Shown: positions 17,970-27,608 of the stretch, piece by piece
How positions within the stretch are numbered: position 1 is the stretch's first letter
Layout: every line of letters begins with the position of its first letter
Assembly: GCA_013349615.1 (NCBI GenBank)
Contig: DUZJ01000001.1
Coordinates: 5,110-69,109, forward strand
Direction: 5' to 3'
Origin: Planctomycetota bacterium
Lineage (GTDB): Bacteria; Planctomycetota; Phycisphaerae; Sedimentisphaerales; Anaerobacaceae
Length of the DNA: 64,000 nt
Translations under genes and position numbers: made by a program
The notes under the pieces: model-generated
Databases searched by the model: none
What the model was told of the DNA's origin: nothing
Seen by the model: only the letters and a program-made list of their open reading frames with translations

Positions 17970-19805
17970 ATGGGTGGTTTTTCGCGAAAAATATTATTGT
18001 TCTGTACACTGATTCTATTTACTTCTCCGATACAGACGGCTCCGGCCGAGCCGAATACGGTCGAAATCGACGTGTTCGAGAACGTGATAAGCGAGCAGCA
18101 GCTCCAGATGCCCGATGGCACTACGGAAATAATACGGATGACCGGTGAGGCAACAGAGCACGTCTTCTTCGAGGGCCCGCGGGAAGGCCTGGCCAACGAT
18201 GATGATGGTGACGAGCTCGATGAAGTGAAGACGGAAATGGTGGAGCTGAACCTGACAGGTCTCAGTTCGATGCTGGGTTCTGTGCAGTTGCGTCTGCTCA
18301 CGGGTATACCGTCTATAGGCCAGATGGAAGAGACCAAGAACGACAAGAGCGGTTTGCTGGAAGTGCCGCCTTTTGGGGACGGGATGGTTGAGAGCTTCTT
18401 CGACATATTTTTCGAGATAGAGGTAGCCGGCCAGCTCTTGTACGGGAGAGACCCGATGCACCTGCGGGGATTGCTGAGCGAAAAGTCCGCTGGGCCTATG
18501 GATATTTATGAGAACCTCGGCAATATCCAGCTTTTTGATATCAACGGCAATCCGACCGGCCTTCTTTTGGGTCCGGGTCGTCTTCGGCCGAATCCCCCGG
18601 TCGAGGTCGACGTCTTCGAGACTCCATTATGCCATCTGGATCTGCAAGCACCCGATGGCTCGACGGTAACAGAAATGCTGACAGGCCGGACCACGGAGCG
18701 CGTCTTCTTCGAGGGCGCACACCAGGGCTCAGCCTATGACGACGATGGTAATCTTTTGGATGAAGTACAGACGGAAATGGTGGAATTGGACCTGAAAGGT
18801 TACAGTTCGATGTTCGGGCCTATGCAACTGCGTCTGAATACGGATATGCGTTCGGCAGGCCGGATGGAGGAGCGGACCGACTATAATACCGGTGTTCTGG
18901 ATGTCCCGCCGTTTTTTAAAGACGGAATGGTCGATAGCTTCTTCGACATATATTTTGAGTTGGATGTGCTCGGTGCGACGTATTATAACCGGTACCCGAT
19001 GCACTTGCGTGCAGTGCTGTCACACAAGCCGGCCGGGCCGATGGATATTTACGAGAACCTGACGCAGGTCCAAATGTATGACGAAAACGGCAATCCGACA
19101 GGCTTTTATATTGGTGCGATTAGATATCGGCCGAATCCCGTAGTAGAAGTCGACGTCCTGGACACTTCAATGGGCTTAATCGACCTGGTGACACCATCGG
19201 GCCAGACGTATCCTGTCGAGCTGGTGGGTACGTCAAAAATGCACGTATTCTTCGAGCGTGACTTCAAAGGCTCAGCAAACGATGACGATGGTGACGGTCT
19301 GGATGAAGTGAAGACGGAAATTGTAGAATTGAACCTGAGCGGTTTTGACCCTTGGTTAGGTGAGGTGCGTCTGGGTCTGGATGAGAGCACGATGACTATG
19401 GGCGAGATAGAGGAAAGCTCGGACATCAAGACCGGCAGGCTGGATTTACCGCCCTTTGCCGAAACAGGCAGCGCAGACAGCTTCTTCGATGTACATTTCG
19501 AAATCGAAGTCGATGGAATGATAATGTACGGGGCCAGGCCGATGCTCTGGCGAGGCGTGCTGAACGAAAAGCCCGCCGCACCGGGTGATATCTATGAGAA
19601 CCTGGAAAATATTAAGCTGGTGGATGCACCTGGCACTGAGACGGGCTACACGCTGGGCGCCTCTTGGTACGAGCCGATAGCTTGTGGTGATGCTGCCCAT
19701 CCGTATCCGATAGGAGACCTGAATCTGGACTGCCGGGTAAACTTTTTGGATGTCGCGATATTGGCCCTGCACTGGCTCGAATGCACCAGGCCGGATTGTT
19801 ATTAG
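17970..19805 (+). CDS. Secreted protein with three ~180-aa tandem repeats and a dockerin-like C-terminal tail
   Basis: Start at MGGFSRKILLFCTL (signal peptide). Three modules each contain VE(I/V)DVF..PDG..VFFEG..DDDG..LDEV.TE.VEL.L.G..L..PPF..SFFD..FE..V..PM.LR..L..KPAGP.DIYENL. The C-terminus is GDLNLDCRVNFLDVAILALHWLE. Confidence 0.7.
   Translation: MGGFSRKILLFCTLILFTSPIQTAPAEPNTVEIDVFENVISEQQLQMPDGTTEIIRMTGEATEHVFFEGPREGLANDDDGDELDEVKTEMVELNLTGLSSMLGSVQLRLLTGIPSIGQMEETKNDKSGLLEVPPFGDGMVESFFDIFFEIEVAGQLLYGRDPMHLRGLLSEKSAGPMDIYENLGNIQLFDINGNPTGLLLGPGRLRPNPPVEVDVFETPLCHLDLQAPDGSTVTEMLTGRTTERVFFEGAHQGSAYDDDGNLLDEVQTEMVELDLKGYSSMFGPMQLRLNTDMRSAGRMEERTDYNTGVLDVPPFFKDGMVDSFFDIYFELDVLGATYYNRYPMHLRAVLSHKPAGPMDIYENLTQVQMYDENGNPTGFYIGAIRYRPNPVVEVDVLDTSMGLIDLVTPSGQTYPVELVGTSKMHVFFERDFKGSANDDDGDGLDEVKTEIVELNLSGFDPWLGEVRLGLDESTMTMGEIEESSDIKTGRLDLPPFAETGSADSFFDVHFEIEVDGMIMYGARPMLWRGVLNEKPAAPGDIYENLENIKLVDAPGTETGYTLGASWYEPIACGDAAHPYPIGDLNLDCRVNFLDVAILALHWLECTRPDCY
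18060..19674 (+). repeat. Three in-frame tandem units of ~540 bp (unit starts ~18060, ~18600, ~19143)
   Basis: Units 1 and 2 are clearly alignable at nucleotide level (e.g. GACGGAAATGGTGGA(G/A)(C/T)TG(A/G)ACCTGA). Unit 3 is more diverged. Confidence 0.7.
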
Positions 19806-19812
19806 CGCCTTG

Positions 19813-19830
19813 TCCCCGCGAAGGCGGGGA
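19813..19830 (+). terminator. GC-rich hairpin between convergent genes (weak terminator candidate)
   Basis: TCCCCGC-GAAG-GCGGGGA, a 7-bp stem with a GNRA-like loop. No strong T-tract follows. Confidence 0.3.
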
Positions 19831-19931
19831 TCCGGATTGTCGCAAACTTGCTCTTGTGCTCTTATATCCTTAAAGCCCTCTGTCCCTTCTATGGCTATAA
19901 CAAAATCCGCGAAAGTCTGTGAAAACTGTGG

Positions 19932-21032
19932 TTAATAATCCAGGAACACGATATCTTCCGGTATCGCCACGACGTCACGGTGTTTTGGGCCGAGTCTCTT
20001 TCGGATTTCGGAGCTGTGTTTGCCCGCCAGATTTCTTAGCTGTGTGCTGCTCAAGTTCGTAACGGCCCTGGCATTATCGTTTAGCATAACGACGGCCCCT
20101 GACTCGAATGTACCTTTCACCGAAACAACTCCGCTGGGCAGAAGGCTCTTGCGATTTTTCACAGCCCGCATCGCCCCTTCGTCGATATTTATCACGCCCG
20201 CAGCGGCGCTATTGAGGATCCATCTCGAACGGTTGCTCAGCTTTCGCTTCGGCATAAAGACCATGCCGATTTCATCGCCGGCCATAATCCGCCCGATGAC
20301 GTTTTTCAATCTGCCGTTGGCCAGGACCATTCGACAGCCGGCATTTGATGCAATCTTTGCCGCCTCGATTTTCGTTTTCATCCCGCCCGTGCCGCGTTCG
20401 CTGCCGCGGCCTCCCGCGCTTTGCGTAATGTCCTCAGTTATCTCGTAAACGGTAGGTATCGGCCTGGCATCTGAAGATTTTCGCGGGTCTTTATCGTAAA
20501 GCGCATCGATATCGCTCAGCATAATCAGCACATCTGCGTCAATCTTGCTGGCGACCAGTGCGCTTAATGTATCGTTGTCCCCGAACGCCGAGCCGATTTC
20601 ATCGGTGCTCACGCTATCGTTTTCATTTAGGACCGGCACTACCGACAGCTTCAAAAGTGTCTCGATGGAGTTGCGAAGGTTCAGATATGTCTTTCTGTTG
20701 TTGAGCACCTCGGCTGTTACCAGGACCTGGGCGACGGTAACGCCGTAGCGCAGAAACGATTTTCGCCACTCCGCCATCAACAGCGGCTGCCCGATTGCCG
20801 CATACGCCTGACGCATCTTGATATTTTTTACCTTGCCTACCTGGTCTAAACCGCCGCACCCCATTCCGATAGCGCCGGAGCTGACGATTACGACTTGCCT
20901 GTCCGTCTTCAGCAGCGAATTTATCTGCCTCGCGATTCGACTGACATAGCCCGTATCCACACCGCTTCCCTTCGTCAGGATATTGGTGCCGATTTTGACA
21001 ACTATTCGCTTGGCTTCAATAAAGTTTCGCAT
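19932..21032 (-). CDS. proB: Glutamate 5-kinase (with PUA domain)
   Basis: ATG at 21032 (the ORF is open to a GTG at 21044). RIVVKIGTN.LT, VSSGA.G.G, GDND.LSA, GTGGM.TK. PUA-like C-terminus. Confidence 0.9.
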   Translation of the reverse strand: MRNFIEAKRIVVKIGTNILTKGSGVDTGYVSRIARQINSLLKTDRQVVIVSSGAIGMGCGGLDQVGKVKNIKMRQAYAAIGQPLLMAEWRKSFLRYGVTVAQVLVTAEVLNNRKTYLNLRNSIETLLKLSVVPVLNENDSVSTDEIGSAFGDNDTLSALVASKIDADVLIMLSDIDALYDKDPRKSSDARPIPTVYEITEDITQSAGGRGSERGTGGMKTKIEAAKIASNAGCRMVLANGRLKNVIGRIMAGDEIGMVFMPKRKLSNRSRWILNSAAAGVINIDEGAMRAVKNRKSLLPSGVVSVKGTFESGAVVMLNDNARAVTNLSSTQLRNLAGKHSSEIRKRLGPKHRDVVAIPEDIVFLDY

Positions 21033-21075
21033 GATTCGACGCACATCACCCGTGTCTCGTGATTCGTTCGATTCA

Positions 21076-22374
21076 CTAATTCTCTAATTCACTAACAATA
21101 TTCTTATGCGTGAATTTTTTTGCGTCTGGGCCGGTATAGTCTGCTGTGATTTGCCCGGTGCCGAACAGTTTCCATTTGTAAATGACAAGCCCTTCCAGCC
21201 CGACCGGCCCGCGGGCGTGTATCTTATTCGTACTTATGCCGACCTCCGCACCGAGCCCGTACCGGTAGCCGTCGCTAAAGCGCGTGCTGCAGTTCCAGAA
21301 GACATTCGCCGAATCGATAAGCTCCATAAACTTTTCGGCCTTTTTCTTGTCGGCCGTAACGATAGTTTCGGTATGTCCCGAGCCGTACTGGTTGATATGC
21401 TCGATGGCCTCATCCAGACCGGCCACAACTTTTATCGATAGAATATAATCCAGATACTCCGTTGACCAGTCCTGTTCGGATGCCGGCTTTACATCTATTA
21501 TGGATGCGCTTTTTTCACAGCCGCGAAGCTCAACGCCTTTTTCATCCATCGCCTTTTTGACCATCGGCAAAAACACATCCGCGATTTTCTCATCGACCAG
21601 CATCGTCTCAGCGGCATTACACACTGCTACATACTGGCACTTCGAATCAACCGCGATATTGACCGCCATTTCCAAATCGGCGTCACCGTCGATATAAACG
21701 TGACATATCCCGTCGGCGTGGCCGAGAACCGGTATATTCGTATTATTCATTATGTACCGGACGAATTCGTTTGACCCACGGGGGACAATCAAATCGATAT
21801 ATTCGTCCATCCCCAGCATCTCTGCCACGTCCTCCCGCGTGTGCAGCAGTTGCAGCCATCCTTCCGGAAGGTTCGCTTTTTCACCGGCTTCACAGATAAT
21901 CTTAGCCAGTATATTGTTGGTCTTCTCTGCTTCGCTTCCGCCTTTAAGCAGCACCGCGTTGCCGCTTTTAAGACACAGCGTCGATATTTGCACGAGCGCA
22001 TCAGGCCGCGATTCAAAAACCACACCGATAACGCCGATTGGACAACTGACCTTATAAAGCTGAAGACCCTCATCAAGCTCGGTCGCCGTGATTGTTTTGC
22101 CGACCGGGTCATCGAGTTTTATCAAACTTTCAATTCCTGCGCATACGCTTTCTATTTTACCCTCGTCAAAATTAAGCCGTTTTAGCAAAGGTTCGGCAAG
22201 TTGGCTCTTTTTAGCATCTTCCATATCTACTTCGTTAACTGCCGTGATATGGTCGCTGCGCTGCCTGAGGGTGTCTGCAATGATTGTTAACGCGTTGTTT
22301 TTCACGGCGGTCTTGACCGCCGACAACTGAATTGACGCGTCCTTCGCCGCCGCTGCTGTTTCTGCGATACTCAT
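21076..22374 (-). CDS. proA: Glutamate-5-semialdehyde dehydrogenase
   Basis: 432 aa. VIGVVFESRPDA, LKGG.EA, CNA.ET.L (catalytic Cys), GSGHTE motifs. Confidence 0.9.
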   Translation of the reverse strand: MSIAETAAAAKDASIQLSAVKTAVKNNALTIIADTLRQRSDHITAVNEVDMEDAKKSQLAEPLLKRLNFDEGKIESVCAGIESLIKLDDPVGKTITATELDEGLQLYKVSCPIGVIGVVFESRPDALVQISTLCLKSGNAVLLKGGSEAEKTNNILAKIICEAGEKANLPEGWLQLLHTREDVAEMLGMDEYIDLIVPRGSNEFVRYIMNNTNIPVLGHADGICHVYIDGDADLEMAVNIAVDSKCQYVAVCNAAETMLVDEKIADVFLPMVKKAMDEKGVELRGCEKSASIIDVKPASEQDWSTEYLDYILSIKVVAGLDEAIEHINQYGSGHTETIVTADKKKAEKFMELIDSANVFWNCSTRFSDGYRYGLGAEVGISTNKIHARGPVGLEGLVIYKWKLFGTGQITADYTGPDAKKFTHKNIVSELEN

Positions 22375-22590
22375 TTTTCGTCTCTCTTATTGTGTATTCT
22401 GTATTTGGTATCGAATTGTAAATAATCCTTAACCTTAAATCAATAGTCAATTAAAAACTGGTTTATGAGCCAGGCAGCAAATATTCCAATATTCCAAAAA
22501 AAATTCTTGCCTTCCCCTCCATTCCCCGCAATAATACTACCGAGATGAAACTTTGAGTCTACCTTAATCGAAGGCGAAAAATCTCGTTTT

Positions 22591-22706
22591 GGATTTAATT
22601 ATTTGTATTTCGTATTTGTTTAGGATTTCGGATTTAAGATTTAGATGGTAAGGTGGGCTTTAGCCCACCAATACCGCCCGCACTCGCGTAACCGCTGGTG
22701 CGAGTG
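22591..22706. repeat. Word-repeat stretch followed by two GC-rich hairpins
   Basis: GGATTT / TATTTCG / GATTTA words, then GGTGGGC-TTTA-GCCCACC (22652-22669) and CACTCGC-(12 nt)-GCGAGTG (22681-22706). Confidence 0.45.
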
Positions 22707-22747
22707 GCTTAGCTCAAAGCTTCGATTATATTTTTCACACAAATTAT

Positions 22748-23176
22748 ATGAGTGTCTTAAAAATAACATTATGCGTATTGATTTTTACTGTTTCGTTCTT
22801 AAGAATATTCTTTAGTGCTGCGGGAATCCGACTCAGGAAGTACAGAGTTCCTTTTGCGTTAATACATGTTCTTACTGTTGTCGTTTCAGGAATAAAAATA
22901 ACACAATACGTTGATTCTTATTTAAAGGGCCGTTTGATACTTGAGGATTTCGACACTTTAATTATATTAGAAATAGGTACATATATTCTGAGTTTATTTA
23001 GCGTTGCTGCCTATTCAATCAGACGAAGCGTCGTTAAATTGACAGGTGACATATATGACAAGTGCGAAGTATGCAATGGAGACCTATATGCTCATGGAAC
23101 CCCGGATATAATTAAAAACCATCATATCTGCGGGGCCTGCGTTCAAACTATCAATGAAGCAAAACAAAAGATATAA
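22748..23176 (+). CDS. Hypothetical membrane protein with a C-terminal CxxC..CxxC zinc-ribbon-like motif
   Basis: 142 aa with about 4 hydrophobic helices, then CEVCNGDL..HHICGACV. The DNA is visibly AT-richer than the flanks. Confidence 0.4.
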   Translation: MSVLKITLCVLIFTVSFLRIFFSAAGIRLRKYRVPFALIHVLTVVVSGIKITQYVDSYLKGRLILEDFDTLIILEIGTYILSLFSVAAYSIRRSVVKLTGDIYDKCEVCNGDLYAHGTPDIIKNHHICGACVQTINEAKQKI

Positions 23177-23267
23177 TATGGCCAGCCACTTATTAATGGC
23201 TGCCGACATTGCACAGAAAACGGTCACCGTCTCTAACAAAAAATTAATAAACAAAAGTGAGCGCATT

Positions 23268-24011
23268 ATGAATACAATTCAAAAGAGCCTTTTATCTTCA
23301 GGGCTTTTGGCATCCATTTTCCTTGTTGGATGCAGGTCCGAAAGAATTCTGCAGGGTAATCTGCGAATCGACGGACGACCAATTGAAACGCTCACCTCAG
23401 TTGAGCCCGTTTTCTCATTCAATAATCTGGATACCGGTCAAAGAGGCATAAGGCTTAGAACCGAGTATAAAAAAGGTCAATTCAAGATTTATGAACTTCC
23501 CCAAGGCAATTACCACATTTTCATTTCAATAAATGCTAATACTGATAATCCGGGAGGCTACCCCGGCTACCCATGGGATTTCTATAAAAGATTGCTAAAA
23601 ATAAATATACCAGGACAAGGCAATACCAGGCTCGATGTTGATTTAGAGAAGATCATTCACCTAACCCTTCCCCAGGATAATGGAGATATAATGGACCTCT
23701 GGGGTGTAAGAGGTGAGGGTATGATTACATTTAAGAGCCCGATAGAATTTGCGTGGGAATCTTTGGGAGATAATGTTGAGTATCATTATAAAATACATCG
23801 TATGCAATCCGAGCCGTTCAGGTATCTCGAACATAATATAGAAGAATCAACGACAAAAGCCACCGGGGTGACCATTGAACTGGCAGATAGCAAGGAAAAC
23901 GAATTTTACCTATTTCATCTTTATGCCACAAAGAATGACCGTCGTATAGGAGAACTCAAAACCCACGGAAAACGTGGCTATGGTAATGATCTTCGATTTC
24001 GGATCAAATAG
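23268..24011 (+). CDS. Hypothetical lipoprotein (beta-sandwich-like)
   Basis: Start at MNTIQKSLLSSGLLASIFLVGC (lipobox). The ORF is open from 23154. Confidence 0.5.
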   Translation: MNTIQKSLLSSGLLASIFLVGCRSERILQGNLRIDGRPIETLTSVEPVFSFNNLDTGQRGIRLRTEYKKGQFKIYELPQGNYHIFISINANTDNPGGYPGYPWDFYKRLLKINIPGQGNTRLDVDLEKIIHLTLPQDNGDIMDLWGVRGEGMITFKSPIEFAWESLGDNVEYHYKIHRMQSEPFRYLEHNIEESTTKATGVTIELADSKENEFYLFHLYATKNDRRIGELKTHGKRGYGNDLRFRIK

Positions 24012-24394
24012 GCTTTACTTATCAGCATAACTCCGGATGTCCCAGGGGAAAAGTGGAAAAAGAGAGCAGTCCGGAATTGTTGACTTTATGTTTTGTCGGT
24101 TCAGTTAGAAGTCCGGTACGCTTTTCGTTACTTAAAAATCATATAAACAATACTTGCGGAAACGAAAAATGAAAAGAAATCTGACCTTATGCCTGTTGGC
24201 TCTCATCGCCACCGGCTGCTGGACAATAAAATAATTTGAAAAAGGCTTTTAAATGATTGGTGCTATTGCCTAAAGGAGAGCAATTTTTATACCTACAAAC
24301 TTGACGTGCACCCGTTGGTGTGGCAGTAGAAATTTTCGATTTGCTTTTTTCTGTTGACTGCTTATAATTCTGAGCGGCGCATTACAAATTATCA

Positions 24395-24465
24395 GCGGGT
24401 GTAGCATAGTGGTAATGCACCGGCCTTCCAAGCCGGCTAGGTGGGTTCGATTCCCATCACCCGCT
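24395..24465 (+). tRNA. tRNA-Gly (anticodon UCC)
   Basis: GCGGGTG-TA-GCAT-AGTGGTA-ATGC-A-CCGGC-CTTCCAA-GCCGG-..-GTGGG-TTCGATT-CCCAT-CACCCGC-T, cloverleaf folded by hand. Confidence 0.9.
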
Positions 24466-24712
24466 TCTGGGGTGAAAATCTCCTATTGAGGCAATTCTAT
24501 GAGGTGCTGTGTATTTTCTTGATGATGTCTCGGTTTGGTTGTTTCAAAACTCACGGGTCGTTGTGAAAAAATAGCCGACTGGTGAAAAAAATACCTGGCT
24601 GCTCAAAATCATCATATTGTCGTAAGCACTTTTGTTTGCGGGGATTAAGTCTTGCCGGGCGGAGTCCTATAATAAAATTTTGCAGAAATTTTGGAAAAAA
24701 TGGTTTTGTGTG

Positions 24713-24740
24713 TTGACTGAGTGGTGAGAAGTGGTATGAT
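24713..24740 (+). promoter_or_regulatory. Candidate mraZ promoter (TTGACT-16 nt-TATGAT) carrying two GTGGT boxes 10 bp apart (MraZ-box-like)
   Basis: TTGACT 24713-24718 and TATGAT 24735-24740. AGTGGT sits at 24720-24725 and 24730-24735, with a further AAGTGG at ~24758. Confidence 0.45.
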
Positions 24741-24775
24741 TTCCCATTATAGGTATAGTAAGTGGAATAGATACC

Positions 24776-25249
24776 ATGCTTTTATTAACAGGCGAATATC
24801 AACACATAGTCGATGGTAAAGGCAGAGTTCTCATCTCGAACAAGCTGAGAAGTCAAATCGATGTCGATGAACACGGCAGCAATTTCTACCTTGTCCTCGG
24901 GGCCAACGGTATTCTTTGTCTGTATCCTGAAAAATATTTCGAGCAAATAGTCTTAGCGGTAGCACCCAATGCAACTGCGCCCGATGAGGCAGTTGCGTTC
25001 GAGCGAATGAGTTTTGCACTTGCCAGCAAGGTGGAGCTGGACGGGCAGGGACGACTGCTTCTGAATGAAAGATTGCGAAGGCGGGCGGGACTGAAAGACC
25101 AAATTACATTAGTCGGCGTCCGGGACCATATCGAGCTGTGGAATAACGAAAACTGGGAGCAATATCTGACAGACCATATGGTCCAATACCAAAAACAGAT
25201 GTCGCAGGCACGGCAGGTGGTCCTGCAAAAACAGAACGAAGAACTTTGA
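24776..25249 (+). CDS. mraZ: Transcriptional regulator MraZ
   Basis: 157 aa with two SpoVT/AbrB-like halves: GEYQHIVDGKGRVLI...LR and ELDGQGRLLL...LR..AGL. First gene of the dcw-type cluster. Confidence 0.85.
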   Translation: MLLLTGEYQHIVDGKGRVLISNKLRSQIDVDEHGSNFYLVLGANGILCLYPEKYFEQIVLAVAPNATAPDEAVAFERMSFALASKVELDGQGRLLLNERLRRRAGLKDQITLVGVRDHIELWNNENWEQYLTDHMVQYQKQMSQARQVVLQKQNEEL

Positions 25250-25269
25250 CTTTGTTGACTGGAGGCGAA

Positions 25270-25479
25270 ATGATTGAAATGGATTCGAATCATTGTCAGA
25301 TTGTAGAGAAAAGTCTTACCGGTAAACGAGCGGTTGACGAACAAACGTTTGCCTCACTGACAATTCTTACCGAGCGGCTCCAGCGACTGAAGAATATGGA
25401 CAAGATTTTCAGCAGCATTACGTTTTCGCCCGATGTCAGGGAACTTAAAGCCCAAAAAAACGCAGTAGCTGTAAGTTAG
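25270..25479 (+). CDS. Small hypothetical protein between mraZ and rsmH
   Basis: 69 aa from the ATG at 25270, preceded by GGAGG. No motif recognised. Confidence 0.3.
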   Translation: MIEMDSNHCQIVEKSLTGKRAVDEQTFASLTILTERLQRLKNMDKIFSSITFSPDVRELKAQKNAVAVS

Positions 25480-25548
25480 CTCGCAGTGCGTCGTTTGTAT
25501 ATCGGCAGATAGCGATGTATTAGAGTGAGAAATGATATACGAGATACG

Positions 25549-26460
25549 ATGGAGGTAAATGACTCGAAAGTAGAACATATTCCGGTTCTTGCGGAGAAGT
25601 TGGTCGAACAGGTGAACTTACCCCGGGATGGGGTGATGGTCGATGCGACCATTGGACAGGGAGGTCATAGTTTTCTGTTCGGCGAGGCCCTGGGCCCCGA
25701 GGGAGCTATCGTTGGATTTGATTTAGATAAAAAAGCTATCCGAGGGGCCCATTTTAAGTTGAAAGACCTTGCCTGCAAGGTTATTTTGATTTGCGATAAT
25801 TTCTCCGAGATCGCCGAGCGAGTCCGCGAACAGGGCATCGATAAGGTTGATTTTATATTAGCGGACCTGGGTGTCAGCTCAGCACAGTTGGCGGACGTCG
25901 AGATGGGTCTTAGTTTCCAGACGAATATGCCGCTGGATATGAGAATTGACAAAAGATTAAAGACTACCGCTGCCGATATTGTTAATAAAGCAGACGAAAA
26001 ATCCTTAGCTGATTTGATTTACAAATTCGGCGAGGAAAGGGGCTCACGGCGGATAGCACGGTTTATCGTGCAGGAACGTGAGAGCGGGCCGATAGCTGAA
26101 ACCGGTCAACTGGCCTCGATAGTCTGCAGGGCATTGAGACGGCCAACGCACAGACGAAGAAGCAGAATACACCCGGCAACGAGAACTTTTCAGGCGCTGA
26201 GAATTGCAGTCAATAAGGAGCTGGAGAACCTGGAAAAACTGCTTTGTTCAGCGTCGTCACTGTTGGCTAAAAATGGCCGCATAGCTGTCATCAGCTTTCA
26301 CAGCCTTGAGGACAGACTGGTTAAGAATAGTTTTAAGGCAAATGAAAAAGACGGCGTTTATAAGATTATCACGAAGAAGCCGATTGTGGCATCACGAGAG
26401 GAGATTACGCGAAATCCGCGGGCAAGAAGTGCGAAGTTAAGGGTCGCAGAAAGACAATAG
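25549..26460 (+). CDS. rsmH: 16S rRNA (cytosine1402-N4)-methyltransferase
   Basis: ATG at 25549 (the ORF is open from a GTG at 25525). HIPVL, DATIGQGGHS, DLGVSS.Q, HPATRTFQALRI.VN.EL, ISFHSLEDR.VK. Confidence 0.9.
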   Translation: MEVNDSKVEHIPVLAEKLVEQVNLPRDGVMVDATIGQGGHSFLFGEALGPEGAIVGFDLDKKAIRGAHFKLKDLACKVILICDNFSEIAERVREQGIDKVDFILADLGVSSAQLADVEMGLSFQTNMPLDMRIDKRLKTTAADIVNKADEKSLADLIYKFGEERGSRRIARFIVQERESGPIAETGQLASIVCRALRRPTHRRRSRIHPATRTFQALRIAVNKELENLEKLLCSASSLLAKNGRIAVISFHSLEDRLVKNSFKANEKDGVYKIITKKPIVASREEITRNPRARSAKLRVAERQ

Positions 26461-26487
26461 GGCAAAAAGTGAAAAAGGAGTTTCATT

Positions 26488-27315
26488 ATGACTCGTGACG
26501 CGAAGATTGGATTACTGTTGGGCTTGGCCTTCATATTTATGATTGCATTTATAATTAATGGTCTTCCCGGTTCCCGGCCAGACAGTAACGAGCTGACTAA
26601 CACAATGGCCAATTTTCCGAATAATCCGCCTGGTCTTGCGGCGCGGGAGCGTGAGGTTATCAATCGTACAGAGTCGATGAGAAGAGAAGCGACGGAAGTA
26701 CCGCCACCACCGATTGGTGATCCCCGTATTCGCGATCAAAGAACGTTACCTGATGTACCTGTAATTCCGGGTGAGAGCTATAAGGTCGGGCCGGTCGTTC
26801 CGGGGCCGGTTCGTGATACGAAGATGGATATCGACAAGCCCAAAGCTGTCAGGCCGGCTTTGCCAAAAGTATATATTGTTACCGATGGTGACAATCTGGC
26901 CTCGATAGCCAAAAAGTTTTATGGTCCTGAAGCAGGGAACAAAAGAGCAAACATCATGAGGATATTTGAGGCCAATCGCAAGATTTTGGAAACACCGGAT
27001 GATATTTATGTCGGCCAGAAACTTGTCATACCGCCTTTACCAGGTTCGGAGCAGGAGAAAGACAAGGGCATCTTTTCCAGTGAAATATTTAAGAAGGTTG
27101 TATCTATCGGACGGGAACATCTCACGAATAAGGTGCGCCAAGCCAAGCCGAGCAAATTGTACACAGTGCGGGACGACGATAATCTATGGCGAATTGCCGC
27201 TGAACAGTTAGGCGACGGCAGCCGGTACAAAGAGATAGCCAAACTAAACGCCGACATTTTGGAAGATGAGGACTTTGTCCCTGTTGGTACGCGTTTGAAA
27301 TTACCCGCCCGGTAG
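26488..27315 (+). CDS. Membrane-anchored protein with two LysM domains
   Basis: N-terminal TM helix, a Pro-rich linker, then YIVTDGDNLASIAKKFYG..VGQKLVIP and YTVRDDDNLWRIAAEQLG..VGTRLKLP. Confidence 0.75.
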   Translation: MTRDAKIGLLLGLAFIFMIAFIINGLPGSRPDSNELTNTMANFPNNPPGLAAREREVINRTESMRREATEVPPPPIGDPRIRDQRTLPDVPVIPGESYKVGPVVPGPVRDTKMDIDKPKAVRPALPKVYIVTDGDNLASIAKKFYGPEAGNKRANIMRIFEANRKILETPDDIYVGQKLVIPPLPGSEQEKDKGIFSSEIFKKVVSIGREHLTNKVRQAKPSKLYTVRDDDNLWRIAAEQLGDGSRYKEIAKLNADILEDEDFVPVGTRLKLPAR

Positions 27316-27364
27316 AAACAGCAGCGCCAAAATTTGAATATTCCCGTTATACTCTGGTTTAGTT

Positions 27365-27583
27365 ATGAGGCCGCAATTTCGCTTTGTTTTTGTTGTTTTA
27401 TATTTCACGGCAGTTTTGATATTCACAGTTTATCTTCGCAGCGCCAACAATCGGGTTTTCAACAAACTTTGCGCTCACGAGTCCGAGCAGGGCCGGCTAA
27501 TACAAGAACTTACGCACAAACAACTTGAGTTGGAAAGTTTAATAAATCCCGCAGCGGTCTCTCAACGTTTTGGCGGCCCGTGA
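27365..27583 (+). CDS. ftsL: FtsL-like small bitopic division protein
   Basis: 72 aa with one TM helix followed by a short coiled coil (QGRLIQELTHKQLELESL). Positioned immediately before ftsI. Confidence 0.5.
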   Translation: MRPQFRFVFVVLYFTAVLIFTVYLRSANNRVFNKLCAHESEQGRLIQELTHKQLELESLINPAAVSQRFGGP

Positions 27584-27608
27584 GGTGTGTGGCGAGCGGC
27601 GAGGTACG

